DNA from: an uncultured Caldilineales bacterium
GTDB lineage: Bacteria > Chloroflexota > Anaerolineae > J102
Direction of reading: 5' to 3'
Length of the DNA stretch: 48,284 nt
Assembly (NCBI GenBank): GCA_964460135.1
Contig: CAYWPZ010000005.1
Span: forward strand, 1 to 48,284
How positions within the stretch are numbered: position 1 is the stretch's first letter; every line of letters begins with the position of its first letter. A model generated the notes under the pieces. It was given only the letters and a program-made list of their open reading frames with translations, was not told where the DNA came from and made no database searches. Below are positions 30,055 to 38,200 of this stretch, piece by piece. The translations under genes and the position numbers were made by a program.

Positions 30055-30273
30055 ATGACTGTCGCAACTTTTGAAGGTGTTGTTGAGCAGGGCAAGATAA
30101 GCTTGCCAACTGCTGTGCGTTTACCCGAAAAACTGAAGGTCTATGGCGTTGTCCCCGATTTTCGGCTTGAGCAAGTCGCCCGGATTTTCAGCCCACACCT
30201 GGCGCACCCCGAACAAGCTGAAGACTTCCGAATGGAAGTGTGCGTGGAAGAACCACATGCCGACGTACGATAG
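30055..30273 (+). CDS. small hypothetical protein, antitoxin-like (DUF104-like N-terminus)
   Basis: MTVATFEGVVEQGKISLPTAVRLPEKLKVYGVV resembles short antitoxin-family proteins. AT-richer than its flanks. No partner toxin nearby. Confidence 0.4.
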   Translation: MTVATFEGVVEQGKISLPTAVRLPEKLKVYGVVPDFRLEQVARIFSPHLAHPEQAEDFRMEVCVEEPHADVR

Positions 30274-30332
30274 CGCTCCCTAATTGGTGTGGAATGAGCA
30301 TCGCTAACGACGAAAGCTAGGAGATTCCCCAA

Positions 30333-31733
30333 GTGCCATTGTTTTCATCCCGACCCCAAAAACAATCCAATATCCTTTGGCTCGACCTGGGCGACCTGGG
30401 CGATCTCGTCAATCCCGGCGGCCCGCATGAGCAGTGGCAGGACCACGGCCTGGGCCTGCTGCGCACCATCCTGCACCAAAACAGCATCCACACCGACCTG
30501 GCCTCGACGCGAGCCGTGACCTCGTGGGACGAATTGATCCCGCAGCTCCGCGGCTACGACACGCTGATCATGAACGTGCGCAGCTACACTTACCCGCCGG
30601 CGCTTCAGGCCGCCCGGCTCTTCAAGCAGGTCAACCCCAACAGCATGGTGCTGACGGGCGGCATGCACGCCACCGTGGCGCCGGACGAGATGGAAGCTGT
30701 GCCCGAATTCGACCGCATCTGCATCGGGCCGGGTGAGAAAGTGATCGTCGACTTGGTCAGGAACCCACGCGATTTCGAGCGTGTGTTCCGGGCCGAAGGC
30801 GCCAGGTCGATGGCCGAATGGCCGCACATCGACCGCGAGCTGTGGCCCAAGCCGGCCGGCGGCTGGCGCATGCAGCGGCGCTGGAAGTGGAAATGGCCGC
30901 TGGAGCCGGAATGCGGCTGGGGGCCGGGGCCGGTGGCGACGCTGATCACCAGCCGGGTGTGCCCGTGGCAGTGCGTGTTCTGCAACGAGAACTCGTATAT
31001 CCCTAACATGGGCCGCAAACCCGTCGATCAGGTCATCGACGAGTTGAACTATCTTGACCGCAAGTACGGCGTCGGCTCGGTCGTCATCCACGACTCCATG
31101 TTCTTCCAGAACCCCAAATGGCTGAAGGAATGGATCGAGAAATATCCGCGCCAGACCAAACGCTGGACCTATTGGGCTGCAGGCCGCGCCGACACCGTGC
31201 GGCAGTGGCCCGACCTGTTCGAGGCGCTGGTGCGCGAGACCAACTGGCGCACGATCTCGATCGGCTTCGAATCGGGCAGCGACCGCATCCTCAAGCTGCT
31301 GAACAAAGAATGCACCGAGGAAGACAACTACTTCACCATCGATCTGGTCAATCGCCTGGCCGCAGAACTGAGGGCGAAGGGCGAGCTGCCGCCGGTGTTC
31401 TGGTCGAACATCATGCTCGGCATCCCCGGCGAGACCCACGAAGATGCCTTCAAGACGATGCGCATGCTCAAGCGCATGGATTCGGTCATGCCCTCGATCT
31501 CGTTCTACGCCCCCTACCCCGGCTCGGCCCTGGGCTATCAGCTCATCGCCGAAGGCAAAAGCCTGATGAGCAAAGACAATTATCATCGCTTCCCCGACGA
31601 TGAGAAGGTGAAGGGTATCGATTACCAGTTCTACCGCGACCTGCTCAAGGGCAAGTACGACGCCGAAGTAAACCGCGGCCTGACCGGCGCCCGCGGGGCT
31701 GATGTCTATCAGGGCGCGCTGGTGAAGGCATAG
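30333..31733 (+). CDS. B12-binding domain radical SAM protein (divergent paralogue)
   Basis: GTG start with AGGAGA at 30319-30324. Cluster motif SRVCPWQCVFCNE. N-terminal B12-binding-like region (YDTLIMNVRSYTYP...MVLTGGMHAT). Confidence 0.85.
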   Translation: MPLFSSRPQKQSNILWLDLGDLGDLVNPGGPHEQWQDHGLGLLRTILHQNSIHTDLASTRAVTSWDELIPQLRGYDTLIMNVRSYTYPPALQAARLFKQVNPNSMVLTGGMHATVAPDEMEAVPEFDRICIGPGEKVIVDLVRNPRDFERVFRAEGARSMAEWPHIDRELWPKPAGGWRMQRRWKWKWPLEPECGWGPGPVATLITSRVCPWQCVFCNENSYIPNMGRKPVDQVIDELNYLDRKYGVGSVVIHDSMFFQNPKWLKEWIEKYPRQTKRWTYWAAGRADTVRQWPDLFEALVRETNWRTISIGFESGSDRILKLLNKECTEEDNYFTIDLVNRLAAELRAKGELPPVFWSNIMLGIPGETHEDAFKTMRMLKRMDSVMPSISFYAPYPGSALGYQLIAEGKSLMSKDNYHRFPDDEKVKGIDYQFYRDLLKGKYDAEVNRGLTGARGADVYQGALVKA

Positions 31734-31749
31734 GTCGGAGTATATTCTC

Positions 31750-32016
31750 ATGGACATCGAGACTATCATCGATGCCATACGCAACGGCCGGATTCGTATC
31801 ACCGATCACGCGGACGAAGAGGCGCATGATGACAGATTGTCGTTCGATGAAATCTACTTCAGTGTGTTTCGTGGTGAAGTCATTGAAGACTATCCCGACA
31901 ATGAACCATACCCAAGTTGTCTGATCTACGGTGACACTTTCGCCAATGATCCTGTACATAGCGTGTGGGCGTATAATCATGACACTCGTTGGGCTGTGCT
32001 TATCACAGTCTACTGA
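31750..32016 (+). CDS. DUF4258 domain toxin-like protein
   Basis: IRITDHADEEAHDDRLSFDEIYFSVFRGEVIEDYP...PVHSVWAY is the typical DUF4258 pattern. GGAG lies 10 nt upstream. Confidence 0.8.
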   Translation: MDIETIIDAIRNGRIRITDHADEEAHDDRLSFDEIYFSVFRGEVIEDYPDNEPYPSCLIYGDTFANDPVHSVWAYNHDTRWAVLITVY

Positions 32017-32063
32017 CCTGATCCACGGCGGTGGATTGATTGGCGTACGAGGAGACCGAGATA

Positions 32064-32309
32064 ATGAAGCCATTTCCGAAATGTCCCGTTTGTGGCGGCG
32101 AAATCATCGAGAAGGAAGTCGAGAAGCTGTTGCGCGGCGGCACCAACACAGCTGTGCTGAAAGTGCGGGCTGAAGTCTGCCTGCGCTGTGGCGAACGCCT
32201 TTATCCGCAGGAAACAGTCAGGCGCTTCGAGCAGATTCGTCTGCAATTGGAGCGTCAGGACGTGCTCGGTTTTCAAGCCCTCGGTCAGTCTTTTCAAGTG
32301 GCTGTCTAG
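32064..32309 (+). CDS. YgiT-type zinc-finger antitoxin-like protein (MqsA N-terminal type)
   Basis: MKPFPKCPVCGGEIIEKEVE...VCLRCGERLY carries two CxxC pairs and is the usual DUF4258 partner. Confidence 0.8.
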   Translation: MKPFPKCPVCGGEIIEKEVEKLLRGGTNTAVLKVRAEVCLRCGERLYPQETVRRFEQIRLQLERQDVLGFQALGQSFQVAV

Positions 32310-32314
32310 TCGCC

Positions 32315-32521
32315 ATGAGCAGCTTCAGCAACCCTCATTACATGTATCTCTTCGATTTGAAGAGCGGCAAGCAAAAGCTGGCCTATGGCGAATCGCCGGA
32401 GGACGCGCTGAGCATCCTGAGCATTCGCCTGAGCGAAGCGGAGATGAGCGAGATCCTCGCCGACCGCTTTATCAAGATTAACCAGCGCGAGCTGCAGCAG
32501 TATGTGCACAACCTGGGTTAG
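32315..32521 (+). CDS. small hypothetical protein
   Basis: 68-aa ORF starting 5 nt after the antitoxin stop. Composition looks like coding sequence. No family recognised. Confidence 0.45.
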   Translation: MSSFSNPHYMYLFDLKSGKQKLAYGESPEDALSILSIRLSEAEMSEILADRFIKINQRELQQYVHNLG

Positions 32522-32524
32522 GAC

Positions 32525-32557
32525 AGCGGTCGGAGCGCTGCGAGCGCTCCGACCGCT
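32525..32557. other. perfect 15-bp-stem hairpin (3-nt loop), no U-tract
   Basis: AGCGGTCGGAGCGCT-GCG-AGCGCTCCGACCGCT, between the small ORF and the methyltransferase. Confidence 0.75.
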
Positions 32558-32569
32558 CAAGTCGGATCC

Positions 32570-33328
32570 ATGCTCGCCCCCACCGCCCGCTTCTCGACCC
32601 GCGTCGAGGACTACGTCAAATACCGGCCCGACTATCCCGTGGCTGTGCTTGATTGGCTGCGGGCCAAGTGCGGGCTGACCCCGGCGGCGGTCGTGGCGGA
32701 CGTCGGTTCGGGCACGGGCAAGCTGGCCGAGTTGTTTCTACGCAACGGCAATCGCGTTTTTGGGGTGGAGCCAAATCGGGAGATGCGGGAGGCGGGGGAG
32801 CGGCTGCTGGCCGGGTTTCCGAACTTTGTCAGCGTCGATGGCGCGGCGGAGGCAACCACGCTTCCCGGCGCCAGCGCCGATTTCGTGATCGCCGGCCAGT
32901 CCTTCCATTGGTTCGATCCGGGGCCAACCCGACGCGAGTTTGCCCGCATCCTGCGGCCGGGCGGCTGGGTGGTTGTGGTTTGGAATGCGCGGGCCATGAC
33001 CTCGCCCTTTCAGCAGGCCTATGAGCAGCTGCTTTTGGAGTTCTGCCCCGAATACACGCAGGTCAATCACCGCGATGTGGGTGAGGAGGACCTGCGCAGT
33101 TGGCTCGGTTTGGCGCCGTTCCTCAAAGCCAGCTTTGCTAACGGACAGTCCTTTGACTTCGACGGTCTGGCCGGGCGCCTGCTGTCGTCCTCCTATGCGC
33201 CGGAACCCGGTCATCCCAATCACGAGCCGATGATGACCAGCCTCGCCACCCTGTTCTCCCGCTTTCAGGCAGGGGGGCTGGTGGAATTCGACTACGAGAC
33301 GCAGGTGTACTGCGGGCAGATGGGGTGA
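32570..33328 (+). CDS. class I SAM-dependent methyltransferase
   Basis: Motif I VADVGSGTGKLAELF and motif post-I VFGVEPNREM. Methyltransf_11-like. Confidence 0.85.
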   Translation: MLAPTARFSTRVEDYVKYRPDYPVAVLDWLRAKCGLTPAAVVADVGSGTGKLAELFLRNGNRVFGVEPNREMREAGERLLAGFPNFVSVDGAAEATTLPGASADFVIAGQSFHWFDPGPTRREFARILRPGGWVVVVWNARAMTSPFQQAYEQLLLEFCPEYTQVNHRDVGEEDLRSWLGLAPFLKASFANGQSFDFDGLAGRLLSSSYAPEPGHPNHEPMMTSLATLFSRFQAGGLVEFDYETQVYCGQMG

Positions 33329-33359
33329 CTACCGGACTGAATCTCCCACCCTGCACCCG

Positions 33360-33389
33360 TTGACGGTGAGCCTTGATACTGGGTACAAT
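33360..33389 (+). promoter_or_regulatory. possible promoter TTGACG-N18-TACAAT
   Basis: Hexamers at 33360-33365 and 33384-33389, upstream of ATG 33411. Confidence 0.5.
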
Positions 33390-33410
33390 GCAGGTAGAGG
33401 TAAGTGGAAG

Positions 33411-33662
33411 ATGACTGCACAAGAACTTGACCAGCGTATCACATTCAATCCACGCATTTTCGGCGGCAAACCGATCATACGTGGACACCGTCTGGCCGTC
33501 GAGCACGTCTTGGGGATGCTGGCGGCTGGCGATGATGTCGAGACGATTTTGGAGGGCTATCCCTGGCTGGAACGAGCGGACATTCTAGCCTGTCTGGCCT
33601 ATGCCCGTCGCTTGATCGCGAATGAGACAATCGAACCACTGCAGATGGAACTGGTGGTATGA
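33411..33662 (+). CDS. DUF433 domain antitoxin-like protein
   Basis: ITFNPRIFGGKPIIRGHRLAVEHVLGMLAAGDDVETILEGYPWLERADILACLAYA is the canonical DUF433 pattern. Confidence 0.85.
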   Translation: MTAQELDQRITFNPRIFGGKPIIRGHRLAVEHVLGMLAAGDDVETILEGYPWLERADILACLAYARRLIANETIEPLQMELVV

Positions 33663-33890
33663 AGGTCCTGTTGGACACCTGTATATGGGGCGGAGCACGG
33701 GAATCCTTGCAGACGGGCGGACACGAGGTGGAATGGGTTGGGCAATGGAAACAAGATCCCGGTCTGGGTAATCTTGGCTGAGAGCAAGTCGCCTGTGACG
33801 GCCTTCACCAGGGGCTGATTGCCGTTGGCGTTGAAAAGGATGTTGGAGTACAATACGACAATCGTCGACAATGTCACAGAGGGGGAAAAT
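33659..33890 (+). pseudogene. decayed DUF5615 (PIN-like) toxin gene
   Basis: ATGA-coupled ORF MKVLLDTCIWGGARESLQTGGHEVEWVGQWKQDPG matches the DUF5615 N-terminus and stops after 40 codons (33779). The other frames continue with VILAES... and LIAVGVEKDVGV (compare RILVTLDKDFGEL). The C-terminal half is absent before the MFS gene. Confidence 0.55.
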
Positions 33891-33895
33891 CGAAC

Positions 33896-35158
33896 ATGGC
33901 GTCTACTTCAGCACTGGCGCCGGCGCCAGCAAGCATGTTGCGCAGCCGGAACTACCAACTCTATATCCTCGCTTTCGTGGGCGTCGTTGCGCTCATGGAC
34001 CAGTACCTTTCGGCTGTCGAAAGTACGGCCATCCCCTTCGTCCTGGCCGAGTACCAGATCGAGGCGGCCGACTTCGCCAGCCTGAAGTCCCGCTTCCTGA
34101 TCATCACCTTTTTCGTCTTTGCGCTCAACGCCCTGAATGACCTCATCGGTCGCAAGCCGGCCATTCTGGTCCTGATCTTGCTGATGGGCCTGTCGTCGCT
34201 GGCGATCGTCCTTTTCACGCCCACCCTGATGTGGTTTATGACCTTCTATGCCCTGGCCATGTTCGCCACTGTCTCCAATATGTGGTCGATCATCGTGGGC
34301 GAAGAATCGCCGGCTGTGCGCCGGGCGCGTTACACGGTGGCAGTCGTTGCCATCAGTCTCATCCCGATTCAGGCCTATGCACCGGTATTTCTGGTGCAGC
34401 GATTGGGCCTGAACTGGCGCTGGATCTACGGGATCACGTTCTTGGTCATGCTTCCGGTGTTGGTGCTGTGGTGGTTCATGCGCGAAACCGGACGCTATCG
34501 TGAGATAGAGCGCGAACGCAGCCAGAGACCGGAGTGGCGCGAGCTGGTGGGTCTGGGCAAGCTGAACCGGGGTGATCTACGGTATGTCGCTTTGGCCGCA
34601 TCCATCGCCATCGGCGTGCTGGTCGCCATCACGTTGGCTTTTTGGGCGGGCTATTTCTTCATGAAGGTGCACAACTACACGCTGGCGGAGTGGTCGTCTG
34701 TGTTTTTTGCTTTGCTCACGCTGCAGATCGTGGGTTCGTTGAGTGGGGGCTGGCTGATGGATCGCGTCGGGCGGAATCGCCTGTTCGTGGCCGGTGGATT
34801 GGGCATGGGCATGCTCATGGCCTCGTTAGGATTCCTGCCTCGTTCTCTGCTCCCTATTGCCTGCGCCGGCGCCGGATTCTTCATCGGCATCGTTTCAGGC
34901 TGGCTCTTCGTCTACATCCCCGAGATTTTTCCGACTGACCGCCGGGGCGTCTGCGTGGGGTGGGTGATGGCGCTGGCTCGCTTGTCCTATGTGATCGGCC
35001 CCGCCCTGGCGGCGCTGCTGCTGCGGCGGTTCCCCACCATGGAAGGGTTCTGGGTTGCGGCCGGCCTGATTATGCTGGCGCCGATCGTCCTCGTCCTCTT
35101 TGTGCGCCCCTTCGAGACACGGGCATTGGAATTGGAGGAGATCGCGGTGCGGCGGTGA
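33896..35158 (+). CDS. MFS transporter
   Basis: 420 aa, about 12 TM helices in a 6+6 layout with a central loop (RETGRYREIERERSQRPEW). Confidence 0.85.
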   Translation: MASTSALAPAPASMLRSRNYQLYILAFVGVVALMDQYLSAVESTAIPFVLAEYQIEAADFASLKSRFLIITFFVFALNALNDLIGRKPAILVLILLMGLSSLAIVLFTPTLMWFMTFYALAMFATVSNMWSIIVGEESPAVRRARYTVAVVAISLIPIQAYAPVFLVQRLGLNWRWIYGITFLVMLPVLVLWWFMRETGRYREIERERSQRPEWRELVGLGKLNRGDLRYVALAASIAIGVLVAITLAFWAGYFFMKVHNYTLAEWSSVFFALLTLQIVGSLSGGWLMDRVGRNRLFVAGGLGMGMLMASLGFLPRSLLPIACAGAGFFIGIVSGWLFVYIPEIFPTDRRGVCVGWVMALARLSYVIGPALAALLLRRFPTMEGFWVAAGLIMLAPIVLVLFVRPFETRALELEEIAVRR

Positions 35159-35161
35159 AGG

Positions 35162-35225
35162 GGACGGAAGACCAAAGACGATGGACGATGCGTCTTCGTC
35201 CTTCGTCATCCGTCCTTCGTCACAC
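35162..35225. repeat. two opposed heptamer arrays (4x RGACNRW, then 5x GTCNTYC) forming an imperfect hairpin
   Basis: GGACGGA AGACCAA AGACGAT GGACGAT G CGTCTTC GTCCTTC GTCATCC GTCCTTC GTCACAC. Between convergent stops at 35158 and 35220. Confidence 0.8.
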
Positions 35226-38200
35226 TGTGCGCGGCGCCAGCACGATATCCTTCCAGCATCCCCCCGTACCCAGGGGCGAAAACACAAGCTGTTTGACCCA
35301 GGGCTTGGCGAGGTAGGCGGTGTCATGATAGATCGATGGGATGATGGGCGCTTCCTGCATCAGCAATGCATCGGCCTGTTGATAGAGCTGCAGACGCTCT
35401 CGCTGATCCTGCGAGCGGCTGGCTTTGTCGATCAGGTTGTCATAGTCCGGGTGACGCCATCCCGACAGGGTTTGCACGGTGCGGAATGATTGGCGCAGGA
35501 AGGCGTCCGGGTCGCCGTAGGTGGGGACGCCGTTCATGGCCATGATGTGCGGCGACCCCTGGCTGAGATATCGCCAGTACGCCGTCCATTCCAGGATCTT
35601 GTAAGTGACGGTAACGCCAAGCTGCTGGCGCCACTGTGAAACGTGATAGCGACAGGATTCATCACCTCCGGCCGTGTAGAACTGCGCCAACTCGATGGCC
35701 GGGAACTCCTTTCCACCCGGATAGCCGGCTTCAGCCAGGAGTTGGCGAGCGCGGTCGGGGTCAAAGGGCAGCCCGATGGCAGGCGAGTGGCCGGGCATAC
35801 CGGGCGGGATGAAGCCGCCCAGGGTTGGTTTTTCGATGCCTCTGCCTAATTGAGCTATGGCTTGCGTTTGCTCGAAGCTCATGGCAAACGCCTGCCGCAG
35901 ACGGCGGTCATCGAAGGGCGGACGCCGGGTGTCGAAACAAAAACCGAAGGTTGTGAACAGGGGGGATTGTGCGTACTCGGCAAGATGGCGCCGTCGCGCC
36001 GTCTCGAACCCGGCGCGGCTCCAATTGAGGATGAGCAGGATGTCGATACGATCCTGCTCGTAGAGATCCAATTGACCCTGCCAGCCGGCCGCCTGCCGGA
36101 AATAGTAGGCCTCGACGCGTTCCACATTGCCGGCCGCACGGCCATGATAGGTCGGATTGCGCATGAAGTGCATCTTGTCGCCAGCCCGATCCCACCGTTC
36201 GAGCAGGAAAGCGCCGTTGCTGACAACATGTTCGGCGCTGGCCCAGGCGTCGCCGTATCGTTCGATCACATGGCGGGGCTTGGGCGCGGCCAGGGGATGG
36301 GCGAGCAGGTGCAAGAAATAGGCCGCCGGTCTGGGCAGGCGCACGACCAACGTGTACGGATCAGGCGCCTCAACTGCCGCCTGCTTCAGGTCGGCGGCGA
36401 TGCCGTATTCGAGGCAGCGGCCGCCTTTGACCTCATACAGCGGCGCGCCCAAGCCGGGAATGCGATTGTGCTGCCAGGCGAAGGCGAAGTCGCGGGCGGT
36501 CACGGGCGCGCCGTCGCTCCAGCGTACGTCGTCGCGCAGATGGAAGACGTACGTTCGCCCGCCATCTTTGATCTCCCAGCGATGGGCGACATCAGGCGCA
36601 ATGGACAGCTCAGGCGTCTCTGCGACCAGCCCGCTGAAGAGGTCGGAAATGAAATCGAAGGTTGGTTCCTCGTTGCGCGGGGCCAGCCCCCAGATCAGGC
36701 GCAAGGGTTGTTCGGCAGGGGGCAGGCTCTGTGCAGGCTCTGCGATGACCTGGCTCCACAGCCGAAACCCCTCGGCGTAGGCTGCCTGCGCCTGCTCGAA
36801 AGCCATACGGTCGTGGTGCGTCAGCCCCAGACGCATGTAGATGCTCGCCGCCTGGCCGTCGTCGTCTATCGTCCGCGCCAGCGCCAGCGCCCGCTCATAC
36901 GCCGTCCTGGCCGGCTCGTCAGCGTACAGCAGCCGGGCCTGATCGCCGGCAGCCAGATACCAGGCAAGGGCGCGTCCGTCATCGCCGGCCAGGTCGAAGT
37001 GCAGCGCCAGCTGCGGGGCGATGAGGTGGGCCTGGGCGCCATGCGTCGCCTCCAGGATGGCGCCTACCTGCCCGTGCCGCCAGCGCCGCATCGCTTCGCC
37101 AAGCCCCTCGTAGACGTACTGCCGAAACAAGCTGTGGCGGAAGCGATAACGATCGAGCCGGTTCCCGCCGATGACGACGCTCCCGGCTTCTGCCACCAGC
37201 CGGTGCACCCTATCCAGCTCATTCAACTGCGCCGCCGCCTCGCCGGGCCGCCGATCCAGGGCTGCGACCAGCGTCTGCGCCGAAAATGCCTCCCCCTCGA
37301 CGCTGGCGACGGCCAGCAGTTCCTGCATGTCGGGGGGCAGCCGCGCCAGCCGCGCCTCGATCACCCCCTGGGCGCGGGAGGAGATCGCCTTCCAGGCTGG
37401 CGGCCGCTGCTGCACCCAGCCCATGTCCTCCTGCCATAGGATGTCCCCGCGCGCCGCAAATTCACGTAGGGTCTCTACTGTGAAGAGGGCGTGGCCTTCG
37501 GTGTGCTCGAACAGCGCCTGGCGGAATGCGGCATCGAGCCGGTTGCGCTCGGTATCGAGCAATTGCTCGACAAAATCACGGCGCTCGCTTGCGCTCAGAC
37601 GGTTGAGATTGATTGGCTGCTGGCCGGTGAGTCGTTTGCACTCGGCTACCAGCACCTTCAAGGGGTGCATCTGGCCGTCGCGACCGCTGTCGACATCCTC
37701 CTGGCGGTACGCGCCCACCAGCAGAACGTGCAGCCCCGCCAGCGACTGCGCCAGATGAAACAACAGCGATAGCGAATCCGTGTCGGCCCAATGCAGATCG
37801 TCGAGCAGCAGCAGCAACGGCCGCCGCGCGCTGAGGTCGCGCAGAAAGGCGGTAGTCTGCTCCTGCAATTGGCGGCGGTTCAGGGCCGTCCCCTGAGTTT
37901 TCCCCTTTGCCTCGGCGCTGCGCAGCGCCGCCAGCCAGTCGGTCTCGGTCTCGACGGCCGCGCTGACGCGGGTCAGCAGGTCGACGCCGGGCAGAAAGGC
38001 GTCGATCAGGTCGGGCGCCTGCCCAACCAGCGAGTCGATGGCAAGCGGCAGCGCCGACCACAGCCGTTGGGCCTGGGCCTCATCCAGCAGCCCCATTTCG
38101 TAGCCGCGCCTGGCCTCGCCGGTGAGCAGACCCACGACCTGCCGGAAGGGAAGGTAGGGGTCGCCGCCGCCGGCGAAGGCGTTGCCCTGCCCCCAGACCG

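Noticed and set aside
30055-30273. RiPP precursor peptide for the flanking radical SAM enzymes
   Set aside because: It has its own promoter-like signal, AT-richer foreign-looking composition and an antitoxin-like N-terminus. There is no leader/core organisation and no nearby protease, transporter or RRE domain.
28454-31802. 532-aa and 485-aa minus-strand ORFs
   Set aside because: Antisense shadows of the two radical SAM genes, which carry clear CxxxCxxC and B12-binding features on the plus strand.
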